From Oscillospiraceae bacterium (GTDB lineage Bacteria; Bacillota; Clostridia; Oscillospirales; Oscillospiraceae): a stretch of 64,000 nt of DNA. Below the pieces are notes generated by a model. It had not been told where the DNA came from. It saw nothing but the letters and a program-made list of their open reading frames with translations, and did no database searches. A program made the translations under genes and the position numbers. The stretch is from contig JAFRIV010000013.1 in the NCBI GenBank assembly GCA_017432615.1, positions 32,689 through 96,688 on the forward strand, written 5' to 3'. Positions 8,220 through 17,559 of the stretch are shown here, one piece after another (position 1 is the stretch's first letter; each line of letters starts with the position of its first letter).

Positions 8220-9284
8220 TCAGTCATAATAATCCGGCTCCGGTGCACAGGAGCGGTAGAGAAGACCGCACATGGCACCGATGACGACCAGAGAAAGGAC
8301 CATGATGATATATCCGCTGATCTCTCTTCCGTAGCGCTGTATGCTGTATTCTCCGAAGAAGCCGACACCGGCAAGGGAAAGCAGCAGCAGCACGATGCAA
8401 ACGAGATGCTTCCAGGAAAAGCCGTCGGAACGGATGGAGCAGATCAAATAGTACAGGAAGACATAAAGCAGAAAGGCCATAGCCGTCACCTGCGCAAAGC
8501 TGATAAAAGCACTGTAAGCGTTGAGCTTGGTGAGAAAGGTGAAGTGCATCAGAGGAGAATCGGTACGAAGGGAATCCATCACGATCTCAATGGCTGAATA
8601 ATAGATGAGGAAATTCCGCCACACATTGCCGGAGCTTTTGCAGGGGTAGTACATCCGGACTGTACGATTCAGATAGAAAAAGCGCAGCACAAGGAAGAAT
8701 GCAAGAAACATCAGAACAAATTCGAGGAAAAAGACGGCCATACGGTAAGAAACGTTGCCAGCGGAATCCGTAACGGCGATACAGAACGGGAAGCGCTGCA
8801 GGATCGGGATCGTGACAGGGCGCTTTCCGATACAGCTTCCGTTGAACAGGGCACTCAGGCGGATAAAAGCGACCAGCAGACAGGTACCCGGTGCAGCAAA
8901 ATCAAGCAGAAAACCGGAGGAGGGAACAAAACCGAGTATACTGGTGATGCCGGCGGCGAGCCAGATCCCGAGGATCACGCCGGGAAGGCAGTAACTGCCG
9001 ATATTCAGGCGGGTGAAGGCGGTGGAAATCGTAGAGAAGGCGCTGGCACCGAAAGAGGCAGAATACTGCTCCATGTTGAAATACCAGTGGAAAAGACGGC
9101 TGAGAATAAAGGCAAGGACAATCGCGAGAGGAAAGAAGCAGCCCAGCGCGGCAGAGCGTTTCCGTCTGTTCCGCCAGAAGGCAAGCGTCATGGTAAGGAA
9201 AGCGAGTACTCCGAAGAAAATGGAAACGGAAGACCAGGTAATAATGATATTGCCCCAGTAGATCGCAATGGCGTTGCTGTTCAT
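8220..9284 (-). CDS. polytopic membrane protein, prolipoprotein diacylglyceryl transferase (Lgt)-like
   Basis: 354 aa with at least 7 TM segments. AIYWGNIIITW, FIRLSALFNGSCIGK and FLIYYSAIEIVMDSLRTD resemble the Lgt motifs (YWYG, GRxGNFxNxE, YxxxRFxxExxR.D), but the motifs are degenerate. Confidence 0.45.
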   Translation of the reverse strand: MNSNAIAIYWGNIIITWSSVSIFFGVLAFLTMTLAFWRNRRKRSAALGCFFPLAIVLAFILSRLFHWYFNMEQYSASFGASAFSTISTAFTRLNIGSYCLPGVILGIWLAAGITSILGFVPSSGFLLDFAAPGTCLLVAFIRLSALFNGSCIGKRPVTIPILQRFPFCIAVTDSAGNVSYRMAVFFLEFVLMFLAFFLVLRFFYLNRTVRMYYPCKSSGNVWRNFLIYYSAIEIVMDSLRTDSPLMHFTFLTKLNAYSAFISFAQVTAMAFLLYVFLYYLICSIRSDGFSWKHLVCIVLLLLSLAGVGFFGEYSIQRYGREISGYIIMVLSLVVIGAMCGLLYRSCAPEPDYYD

Positions 9285-11116
9285 TCCGTTACCTCCTCTC
9301 CATTGACGGCAGAAGCAAAGTAGAGCATGTCGCTGACCTGACGGGAACTGGTTCCGTTGACATGGTCGACGTGATTATAGGCTTCATTTCCCTGGAATAC
9401 GATCTCGCTGGTTTGACCGCCGTCCAGGCTGTAGGCATTCTTTACCCCTTTTTCGAAGAAGTGCTCCGCAAATTCCCTGGTATGCCAGCGGGCAGCTTTT
9501 TCATCGGAATGGTTGAGAGACATATAAAGATAATGCAGTTCCGACACCTGTCCGATGCCTGCGCGGGAATATCCCGTGTTGATCTCCCCGATCGGATACC
9601 ACTCCTCATCGAAGTAACTGGTATTCAGTTCCCAGTCTTCCACAAGGACAGGACCGAAGGCGACGGAGAAGACAATATCATTTTCATCAATGAACTGCTG
9701 CATGGCTTCCGGGGAAGATTCTTCACCCATATGGAAAAACAGAAAGTCGCCGGAGCCGTTTACGAACATGGTGTCGATGCAGTTATATTTTTTGAGCATC
9801 TGGCCGTAGCGCATAAGGTAATCCCCTTCGTTAAAACGGTACAGCTGGCGATTGTACGCTACAATGCCCATATCACGGAAACGATAATAGTCAGCATTGA
9901 CAGATACGACGGCGTTGGTCGCTTTGTGCATCGAGGTAGTATATTCCAGGATATCCGAGCCGAACATATCCCCTGCCAGCTTGCGGCGGAACTGGGATGC
10001 ATCCTGCATTTTCACCTCACAGAAAGTACAGGTGTTGCCGTTGATGATCTCCTTCCAGCAGATCACAAGAAGGGTATTGTCAATATAATACTGGATATCC
10101 TGATAATAGGAACCGGTGTTGAATTCCACATCGGGGTCAAATACGACGACCTCATCTGCACCCAGAAGACCGGAATCCCGCGCCTGCTGGATAACAGGCA
10201 GGATCTCGGAGGCGTTGGCGGTGCTGACTTTCCCGAACCCGGAAAGAAGCGGTTCAGGTGCGACGACAGCATCTTCCGGAATCTTGAATACGGTTTTCTG
10301 TGAAGCTGCGATCTGTTCAACGATCTGCTCCTGCAGGGCACTTGCGGCAATGGCGGCATCCCGCGCCTTTTCCGTGGCAAACTTGTTGACACTGGAGGAC
10401 AGATCCGCACTGCGGGCCACGGTTTTTGATGCTGCTGCGGAACCGGAGGCGGGAGAGACATAGCACAGCACAAACAGGCAAAGTACCATGGTGAACAGCA
10501 TCCCGACAATGCGTACAAGCCAGGGAGGCACAACATCGGCAAGCTTTACCCGGGGAGGCCGCTCCTCCCGAAGAAGCCGTTTTTCTTCCTTTCGCTGCTG
10601 CTTTTCCGCTTTTCTGGCAGCCCGGGCTTCCTTCAATTCCTGCTTATGGGCATTGCGTTTTTCTTTTTCCGCTTCCCGGTCAATCTTTTTGGCTGGAGGG
10701 GCCTCATATAGATTTCCGGCAGAGAATTTTTCATTCGGGAGACGCTTTGTCTCATCCGTGCGCGGATTTTTCACCGGCATGATGCGCGTTACATCCTGCT
10801 CTTTCTCCGGTTTACGCGGGGCCTTTTTTGTCTTGTCCGGTGCCGCCGCCTTCGGAGGAAGGATACGACGGACGGGAGCCGCTTTCTTCTTTTTCTCAGT
10901 CTCCTGGCGCCGGTATTTGTCGGCAAAATGCGTAATGGGATCTCCGTCGGGAGTAAAAGCAGGCTCGGCAGGCGTTTCTGAAGGTGCAGAGGGAGCGGGG
11001 TCCGGCGTTTCAGGCAACCGGCTTTCTATGGAAGAAGCGGAGGGAGAATCATCGGAAAATTCAGAGAGAATGGAATCCAGCTCATAGTTAAAATCATAAT
11101 CGTTGGCCATCAGCAA
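9281..11116 (-). CDS. membrane-anchored protein: disordered K/E/P-rich N-terminus, one TM segment, and an extracytoplasmic phosphodiester glycosidase (DUF2233)-like domain
   Basis: 611 aa. Low-complexity stretch KKKAAPVRR...REAEKEKRNAHKQELKEARAARKAEKQQRKEEKRLLREE, TM segment WLVRIVGMLFTMVLCLFVLCYV, and C-terminal ...AYSLDGGQTSEIVF (LDGGGS-like motif). Confidence 0.55.
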   Translation of the reverse strand: MLMANDYDFNYELDSILSEFSDDSPSASSIESRLPETPDPAPSAPSETPAEPAFTPDGDPITHFADKYRRQETEKKKKAAPVRRILPPKAAAPDKTKKAPRKPEKEQDVTRIMPVKNPRTDETKRLPNEKFSAGNLYEAPPAKKIDREAEKEKRNAHKQELKEARAARKAEKQQRKEEKRLLREERPPRVKLADVVPPWLVRIVGMLFTMVLCLFVLCYVSPASGSAAASKTVARSADLSSSVNKFATEKARDAAIAASALQEQIVEQIAASQKTVFKIPEDAVVAPEPLLSGFGKVSTANASEILPVIQQARDSGLLGADEVVVFDPDVEFNTGSYYQDIQYYIDNTLLVICWKEIINGNTCTFCEVKMQDASQFRRKLAGDMFGSDILEYTTSMHKATNAVVSVNADYYRFRDMGIVAYNRQLYRFNEGDYLMRYGQMLKKYNCIDTMFVNGSGDFLFFHMGEESSPEAMQQFIDENDIVFSVAFGPVLVEDWELNTSYFDEEWYPIGEINTGYSRAGIGQVSELHYLYMSLNHSDEKAARWHTREFAEHFFEKGVKNAYSLDGGQTSEIVFQGNEAYNHVDHVNGTSSRQVSDMLYFASAVNGEEVTE

Positions 11117-11128
11117 AATCCTCCTCTC

Positions 11129-11680
11129 TTATCTGCCGCCCTGCAGAGCGGCAAGAAGATCCCCGTTCAGTGTCATCAGCCATTTTCCGTCGGAATAGGA
11201 GACGGGAACATCAAAAAATTCACTGGTACAGTAACTTTCCGGGTCACTGAGGACAAGCCGCAGTGCGGAGTTATAATCCAGTTCCGGCATGTTTCGTGCT
11301 GCCTGATCGACCAGATTCAGATCCAGATATTTTACCAGGACCTTCTGGCTGGCTTTTGTTCCCCAAAGAGAAACGCTGCCGGATAAGGAATAGTCATAGC
11401 TGCGTTTGAGGAAGGAGAACATGATTTGCCCTTCTTCACTTTCCGGAACGTTGTTGAGACCAAGGGAAGAATAGTTTTCTACATATCGGCAGGCCTCTTC
11501 TTCGTTTCCGGCTTTCAATGCGTCAAAAAAACCGACAACTGCGGACTGCGGATTCCCGGCAGGCCGGGCAAGCAGAACGCCCCGATTCATTCCGTAAACG
11601 CAAAGTGCCAGGGCCAGCAGGATGACAAGGACCGTCAAGCTGCCCCAGAAGGGGTTTGTTTTTCTCTCCATTTTATGCAA
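11129..11680 (-). CDS. hypothetical membrane-anchored protein
   Basis: 183 aa with an N-terminal TM segment (WGSLTVLVILLALALCVYGM). It lies upstream of, and is co-directional with, 9281..11116. Confidence 0.5.
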   Translation of the reverse strand: MHKMERKTNPFWGSLTVLVILLALALCVYGMNRGVLLARPAGNPQSAVVGFFDALKAGNEEEACRYVENYSSLGLNNVPESEEGQIMFSFLKRSYDYSLSGSVSLWGTKASQKVLVKYLDLNLVDQAARNMPELDYNSALRLVLSDPESYCTSEFFDVPVSYSDGKWLMTLNGDLLAALQGGR

Positions 11681-11867
11681 AGCTCCTTTTCGAAGGATAC
11701 GGAAACATTATTATATCATAAGAAATGGAATTCGTCGATACAAAAATGCGAAAATCAGAGGGCTATGTGATCGAAGGATCCTGTTGCATCGGACATTTAC
11801 TTATGATATTATCAAATCAGATTCCTTGAAACAGGAGCCATAAAAAACACGACAGGAGAAACACATC

Positions 11868-13409
11868 ATGGCAAAACGCATTATAGCATTTCTTTTGATG
11901 GCAATGCTGCTTTCCGGTATGCCTCTGGCAATGGCTGAGACAAATATAATGGATGTCACAGCAAGGGATGTGGTTTTGAACCGCATGACGGATTCCCTCG
12001 GGATCCATAAAGACGGATATGCTTATTATCAGCTGATCGACAGCAGAGGAAATCCGCTGACACAGGCAATCTATATCGATATGAGATCGGTTTCGGGCTT
12101 TCCGTTCTTCAAAGTCCAGGGTGAATCTTCGGATGGAATCCATAATGAAGGCCTGATTGACGACAAAGGGACGGTAATCGTACCTGCGGAGTATGCAGAT
12201 GTGGAGGTAGTATCCGAGCACTGGCAATACGGCGTCAGGCTGACGCCTTCCGAGGCGGATGATAAGGATTACACCATATCAAACTGGTCCAATAATGAAA
12301 AACTGTTTTTCCGGATCGATACCGTTGATTTCTTCTTTGACGGACAAAAAGCAGGAACACTGAACAGATCACAGTTTGGAGACAGCTATTGTACCGCACA
12401 CGGCGCTTATATTTGTGTGACTGACCGGGCGAAACAGCGCATTTTTTATAACAGATATATGGAAGTCTCTCCGTATCCTTCAGAGAGCTCCTCAGAGTAC
12501 GATTCTGTTTATAAAAACGGAAAGACCACTTACTACCATGCCGGTACAGGGCAGGCTGCTTTTACGGCGGAATGCACCCTGAATCCTTCCGAAGTGGAGA
12601 ATCCGTATCTTTACGATCGGGGGATCCTTTACGGCCTTCAGGGGCAGCAGATTTTCAGGCCGGCACAGAATTATGATTCGATCCGCAGCTTTAAGAAGGG
12701 CTATGCCCAGGTTTCCATGAACCGGTATTATGGCCTGATCGATGAGAACGGGGACGAGATCATTCCTCCTGAATATGAGGCTCTTTCCTATACGGAGTAT
12801 CCGCTGCTGTACGGATACATCGGCGCTGCGAAAGACGGGAAATTTGGTTTCCTGGACAAAGACGGAAACGTGACCTGCGATTTTGTATACAGCAAAGATA
12901 TTGTGAGCGACCGCGGGACGTTTGCTTCCCTGAAGAATCTCGACGGAACGATCATTGTTCTTTCCGCTGCGGTTGGAGAACTGCCGGAACATTTTTCAGA
13001 GGTATCTTTTGCCGGTTCTGACGGAAGCATGGCTTTTGTGGCACAGAATGCTTCGCGCGAGTACTGCCTGATCGACCTCTACGGAAACACCCTTATTCCC
13101 TACAGTGGAGAATACCGCAGCATTGAAGTAAACAGAGATGCTACCGTAGCCGTTGCTTCATGCGGAAACCGTACCTATAAGATCTATTCTTTTACGCATG
13201 ACCGGAATGAGCAGCTGACTCCTTCACCGGACAAAGCAGAGGACGGCACGGAAAGCTGGACGTGCGAGAACGGACATGAAGGGAACACCGGAAAATACTG
13301 TACGGAATGCGGTGCTCCGCGTACCTACAAATGTGCAAATTGCGGATATGAATTTCCGGATGGGAAGGTATCGAAATTCTGCCCGGAGTGCGGCAAAGCA
13401 CAGGGATAA
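11868..13409 (+). CDS. WG-repeat (KWG) protein with N-terminal signal peptide and C-terminal double zinc ribbon
   Basis: Signal-like N-terminus MAKRIIAFLLMAMLLSGMPLAMA. Repeated YGLIDENGDEIIPPEYE and FGFLDKDGNVTCDFVY units. C-terminus CENGHEGNTGKYCTECGAP...CANCGYEF...FCPECG. Confidence 0.7.
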   Translation: MAKRIIAFLLMAMLLSGMPLAMAETNIMDVTARDVVLNRMTDSLGIHKDGYAYYQLIDSRGNPLTQAIYIDMRSVSGFPFFKVQGESSDGIHNEGLIDDKGTVIVPAEYADVEVVSEHWQYGVRLTPSEADDKDYTISNWSNNEKLFFRIDTVDFFFDGQKAGTLNRSQFGDSYCTAHGAYICVTDRAKQRIFYNRYMEVSPYPSESSSEYDSVYKNGKTTYYHAGTGQAAFTAECTLNPSEVENPYLYDRGILYGLQGQQIFRPAQNYDSIRSFKKGYAQVSMNRYYGLIDENGDEIIPPEYEALSYTEYPLLYGYIGAAKDGKFGFLDKDGNVTCDFVYSKDIVSDRGTFASLKNLDGTIIVLSAAVGELPEHFSEVSFAGSDGSMAFVAQNASREYCLIDLYGNTLIPYSGEYRSIEVNRDATVAVASCGNRTYKIYSFTHDRNEQLTPSPDKAEDGTESWTCENGHEGNTGKYCTECGAPRTYKCANCGYEFPDGKVSKFCPECGKAQG

Positions 13410-13456
13410 CTTCTAAAAACCTTCGCAGAACTGAAAATATAATTGGAAAGAACAAG

Positions 13457-13489
13457 GATCCCGGAGCAATTGATTTCTGCTCCGGGATC
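13457..13489. terminator. bidirectional terminator hairpin
   Basis: GATCCCGGAGC pairs with GCTCCGGGATC. It lies between convergent genes. Confidence 0.65.
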
Positions 13490-13522
13490 TGAATATTAAG
13501 GAACAATCCGTTTTTTGGTTCC

Positions 13523-14326
13523 TCAACTTTGATGATGCCTGTCTACAAACTTTTTAATCAAGAGTAATGCGGTTCTCAAATCATCTCTTTGCTGAACCTT
13601 TGTTTCAAAACTGATCGATTTATTATACCCATTTTCTATAAAACTGTTTAGAAAAGCATGGCATTCTTCTGAATAAGAAACAACCGGAAGAACTCTTTTC
13701 AGCTCACTGACATGAAGATGATTGATATATCCCAGATAAGCTGAAGCAATCAGGGAGGCATCTTCATGCATTTTAATCATATGCAGCGTGTCAGCGAGGA
13801 TACCAAAATGATGGTCATTTAATAATTCTATTAATTGTACAGCATCATGAAACGAAGTAATAGTATTTGTCTCTGCAGAGTTCAGTGGTTCGATATTCAG
13901 GACTATATTTACAGTCTTAAGACGAGGTAAAAAATGATCGTTTAAAATCTCTGCAAATGAATGTATGCTCTTTTCTGTCTCCCAATTGTCCGGCGCTTTT
14001 CTGGCTGAGCCGCTTCCAAATCCAATTTCCTCTACTCCAAGTCTTTCAAATCTGGAAAATAAGAGATCAAGATGCCGATTGAATATTTCAGTATTGCTAG
14101 AAAAACAATTGAAATTTCCGGAGAGTAAAGAACATATTTTTTTACACTTCAAATTAATTTCTGCCAGAGACTTTAACAGCAAAGAAAAACTTTCCTCTTG
14201 AAGGCTACCAATTAGTATGCCCGATAGTTCAATATAGTCATACCCTGCATCTTTCACAGATTTGATAAAGTCAAAATCAATGGATTTTTGAGACGATGCA
14301 AAGGCTGTTGCAAAGCCAAACGTCAC
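13523..14326 (-). CDS. sugar phosphate isomerase/epimerase (xylose isomerase-like TIM barrel; Hyi-like)
   Basis: 267 aa. DAGYDYIEL, NIEPLN and HLHVSE are metal-ligand-type motifs of the AP_endonuc_2 fold. Confidence 0.6.
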   Translation of the reverse strand: MTFGFATAFASSQKSIDFDFIKSVKDAGYDYIELSGILIGSLQEESFSLLLKSLAEINLKCKKICSLLSGNFNCFSSNTEIFNRHLDLLFSRFERLGVEEIGFGSGSARKAPDNWETEKSIHSFAEILNDHFLPRLKTVNIVLNIEPLNSAETNTITSFHDAVQLIELLNDHHFGILADTLHMIKMHEDASLIASAYLGYINHLHVSELKRVLPVVSYSEECHAFLNSFIENGYNKSISFETKVQQRDDLRTALLLIKKFVDRHHQS

Positions 14327-14682
14327 GGCGTTTCAGGCCTTTTTATAAGGTGCCAGGCAAATCCGGAAAGTTCTTCCCTTGCATAAATAACGATCTTTTC
14401 ACCGGCATCGTTATAACTTGCAGAGGATTCGTCAAAGGAAATACCCTGGCTTTCTAAAAACAGTTGTGCTTTTGCAACATCTGAAGTACCAACTGCAAAA
14501 TGGCCCAGTCTTCCTCGTCCCGGAGACTTCATGATTTCAATCTGCTCATTAGCAAAAATTGCAGAAGATGTTTCTCGAAGGGGAAAACCGAAAACCGCAT
14601 GAAGAAAGGCAGTTACTCTTCTGGCTTCTTCTTCGTTGGATTCATTAATCCCAATATGCTGTAATTGAAAAAGATAATCCAT
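14323..14682 (-). CDS. VOC (glyoxalase/bleomycin-resistance/dioxygenase) family protein
   Basis: 119 aa. LQHIGINESNEEEA...HFAVGTSDV pattern. 4-nt overlap with the downstream gene. Confidence 0.6.
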   Translation of the reverse strand: MDYLFQLQHIGINESNEEEARRVTAFLHAVFGFPLRETSSAIFANEQIEIMKSPGRGRLGHFAVGTSDVAKAQLFLESQGISFDESSASYNDAGEKIVIYAREELSGFAWHLIKRPETP

Positions 14683-14703
14683 ACTGTGCCTCGCAACTGA
14701 ATT

Positions 14704-15741
14704 TTATCGCATTTCGGCGATATACTTGAGGGCATTTTTCCATGCGCTTTCAAATTGTGAGCGAAACAGCACAACAGGACCAAAATCCTCATATTCACAG
14801 GGTTTAATTTTATGGACAAAATAACCCTTCTCAAAATCAGGCAGCTTCTCAACGAGTTCGTCAATAACACTTTCAGGAACAGGAGTATCAAATCTCTGAA
14901 CAACAACAGGATCTTCTTCAATAAGATTTGCTGCAGTACCTACCCAGTTAATGGTTACAACTGCGTTTGCTCCGACCATTTCCGTAAAATGATGGAGGCC
15001 TCTGGCCCCTCCGCCGATGAAGCCAACCTGCGGGCAACGCGTTTTACACATGTGGTAGGTCTTCTTTGCAACAGCCATACCGGCTTGCCACAGGGTATCA
15101 GGGGAAATATCTACGCTGTTGGTTTTCACATATTCTTTAAGATACTGATCATAAATACCGGTGATATGAGAGAAATAAACAACAGGGGGATTTTCCATGG
15201 AGGAGCAGACTTCATTATAAATATCGCATACATCGAGAGCCTGTTTTACCGCCATAACTTCTGTAGCATTAATGGCAATACCTTCTGCAAGGAGGACTCG
15301 AATTGCTTTTAAGCCTTCTTCCGTGACAGGAACTTTAGCCATAAGATTTGGCAAAGCTTTTGTGTTGTAGCGTGCGCAGCGAATGATGGTTTCCGCATCT
15401 TCATGGAAAGGGTCACCCTGAATACTGACATAACCGAATTTATGTCCTGTCTTTTCATAAATCGGCATAAAATGCTGGGCGATGTCTGCCACAAGTGCAC
15501 ACTGCAATTTTACCAGTGCTTCAGTATCATCCGGTTCTTCTTTCAAAATCGGCAGGAGCAGTTCCTTCACATGATCTTCTTCCTTTTTATTGCTGATCAT
15601 TTTCCAGGTATAGGAAGGATTTTGCGTACAGCCATATGCACCGGCTTCTATTGCAAGATCTGCCTCCTCCCGGGTTACATTATTGATCCAGAATTTTGTT
15701 GCAGTTTGCGCTTGCACCCTATGAAAATATGTTTTTTTCAT
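14704..15741 (-). CDS. transaldolase-family protein
   Basis: 345 aa. GCTQNPS (TxNPS motif) and AKVPVTEEGLKA (Schiff-base Lys context KIPxTxEG). Confidence 0.65.
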   Translation of the reverse strand: MKKTYFHRVQAQTATKFWINNVTREEADLAIEAGAYGCTQNPSYTWKMISNKKEEDHVKELLLPILKEEPDDTEALVKLQCALVADIAQHFMPIYEKTGHKFGYVSIQGDPFHEDAETIIRCARYNTKALPNLMAKVPVTEEGLKAIRVLLAEGIAINATEVMAVKQALDVCDIYNEVCSSMENPPVVYFSHITGIYDQYLKEYVKTNSVDISPDTLWQAGMAVAKKTYHMCKTRCPQVGFIGGGARGLHHFTEMVGANAVVTINWVGTAANLIEEDPVVVQRFDTPVPESVIDELVEKLPDFEKGYFVHKIKPCEYEDFGPVVLFRSQFESAWKNALKYIAEMR

Positions 15742-15757
15742 AATACTCCTCTTTTTT

Positions 15758-16633
15758 TCAATCTACTGTATTCTCAAGAATACCGATACCTTCAACTTCT
15801 GAGCGAACAACATCTCCAGTTTTCAGAAATTTGGGGGGCTTGAAACCCATACCGACTCCTGCCGGAGTTCCCATTGCTATGATTGTTCCCGCTTCAAGAG
15901 TCATCCCTTGTGATACTTCTGAAATTACATGAGCAATATCGAACAAGAGCAAACTGGTCGAACCATCCTGTCGTAATTCTCCGTTAATATATGTTTTAAT
16001 ATTCATAACAGGAGGCTCAGTAAATTCATCTTTCGTTACAATACAAGGTCCCATTGGTGTAAAAGTATCCAGGCTTTTCCCCAAATACCACTGTTTATGC
16101 CTCGTCTGGAGATTTCTTGCACTTACATCGTTAACAATGGTATAACCGAAAACATAATCGAAAGCATTATCTTTTTCAACTTCAAAAGCATCTTTTGAGA
16201 GAATAACGGCAACTTCCGTTTCATAATCCAAGCTATCCATTATATTGGGAAAAGACTTGATTTTACCGCCAGGGCGAAGCGCTTCATTTACTCTTTTGGA
16301 AAAATAAACAGGATAGGTTGCTTCCCTTTCAAATGCTTCCTGATGGAATTTTACAGCCTCTTCCATATGTTTGGCGTAATTTAATCCAAGGCAAAGAACA
16401 TCATGAGAAGGATGCGGAATGGGAGCGAGGAGCTCTACAGAATCCAAATTAATTCCGTCGAGTGCCGGTTCATTCGAAAAGCAGGATTGAATACATTCAT
16501 AGTTGCGGATCAGATCATTCATGGAATAGTTCTCTTTAATACCAAAAGCCGCAAGAGGGAATATTTTTTCCTGCCCGGAGGGCTGAGCCATTACAGCTTC
16601 TACCCCATTGTTAATTACAGTATAGAATTTCAT
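15758..16633 (-). CDS. fumarylacetoacetate hydrolase (FAH) family protein
   Basis: 291 aa. ...YETEVAVILSKD...GYTIVNDVSARNLQ...GKSLDTFTPMGPCIVT... is typical of the FAH fold. Confidence 0.8.
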   Translation of the reverse strand: MKFYTVINNGVEAVMAQPSGQEKIFPLAAFGIKENYSMNDLIRNYECIQSCFSNEPALDGINLDSVELLAPIPHPSHDVLCLGLNYAKHMEEAVKFHQEAFEREATYPVYFSKRVNEALRPGGKIKSFPNIMDSLDYETEVAVILSKDAFEVEKDNAFDYVFGYTIVNDVSARNLQTRHKQWYLGKSLDTFTPMGPCIVTKDEFTEPPVMNIKTYINGELRQDGSTSLLLFDIAHVISEVSQGMTLEAGTIIAMGTPAGVGMGFKPPKFLKTGDVVRSEVEGIGILENTVD

Positions 16634-17526
16634 ACCTTTATCTCAATTCCTGCCCATTCTTCGTAGCATTTGATTACGGCACAGTTATCTTCATCAGCAA
16701 GCCCTTTAATACATGCCATTTTATAAAGTTCTTTTCCTACTCCGAGCATTGGCGTTGGCACTTCCAGCTTTTTCGACAGATCAGATGCAAGACCTGCGTC
16801 TTTATACATCAAGGCAGTACGGAACGTAGGGGAGAAATCACGATTAATAATCTTGGAAATCTTTTTATCGGCCATTGCACTTTGAGGGCCGCCACCATGG
16901 CAGAATTTCACAAACATCTCAGGATTTACTCCGGCTTTCGTTGCCATCGTAATAGCTTCCGCAAAGGACAGCATATTGATTGCCATCATAGCGTTGGATG
17001 CTATTTTTGCATAAGCTCCTGCGCCGTATTGATTGCTGGCATAATAGGCATCTACCCCCATTGCTCTCAGAACAGGTAAAGCTTCCTGATAGTCTTCTTC
17101 GTCACCCACATAAAGAAAAACCAGTGTTTTTGCCTGTGCCTGGAGCCCGCTTCCCGTGACAGGGGTCTCGCCAAATCGCATCCCGCGTTTCAGAAGTTCT
17201 TCCCCTATGTATTTATTTGCTTCTGGAGAAACAGTAGAACTGTTAAAGAAAATTGTTCCTTTTTTTGCACCGTCTGCCAAACCGTTTTCACAGAAAATAT
17301 TCTCCTTCACAATATCTTCTGTGGGCAACATGGTGATAATTGCATCGGCATCTTTAGCTGCATCCTTTAAAGTATCTGCGTAATGTGCGCCTTTTTCAAG
17401 TAAATCTTCAATTTTCTCTCTATGTCTTGCAAATACAGTAAGATCATATCCAGCCTCAAGAAGATGCGCTGCCATAGGATGTCCCATAACACCGGTTCCG
17501 ACAATTGTAATTTTTTTAATGCTCAT
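16630..17526 (-). CDS. NAD(P)-dependent beta-hydroxyacid dehydrogenase (3-hydroxyisobutyrate / tartronate semialdehyde reductase family)
   Basis: 298 aa. N-terminal ITIVGTGVMGHPMAAHLLEAGYDLTVF Rossmann motif and family-typical length. Confidence 0.8.
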   Translation of the reverse strand: MSIKKITIVGTGVMGHPMAAHLLEAGYDLTVFARHREKIEDLLEKGAHYADTLKDAAKDADAIITMLPTEDIVKENIFCENGLADGAKKGTIFFNSSTVSPEANKYIGEELLKRGMRFGETPVTGSGLQAQAKTLVFLYVGDEEDYQEALPVLRAMGVDAYYASNQYGAGAYAKIASNAMMAINMLSFAEAITMATKAGVNPEMFVKFCHGGGPQSAMADKKISKIINRDFSPTFRTALMYKDAGLASDLSKKLEVPTPMLGVGKELYKMACIKGLADEDNCAVIKCYEEWAGIEIKV

Positions 17527-17559
17527 TTTTTCTTTCCTTTCATATGATTTGTTAATTTG

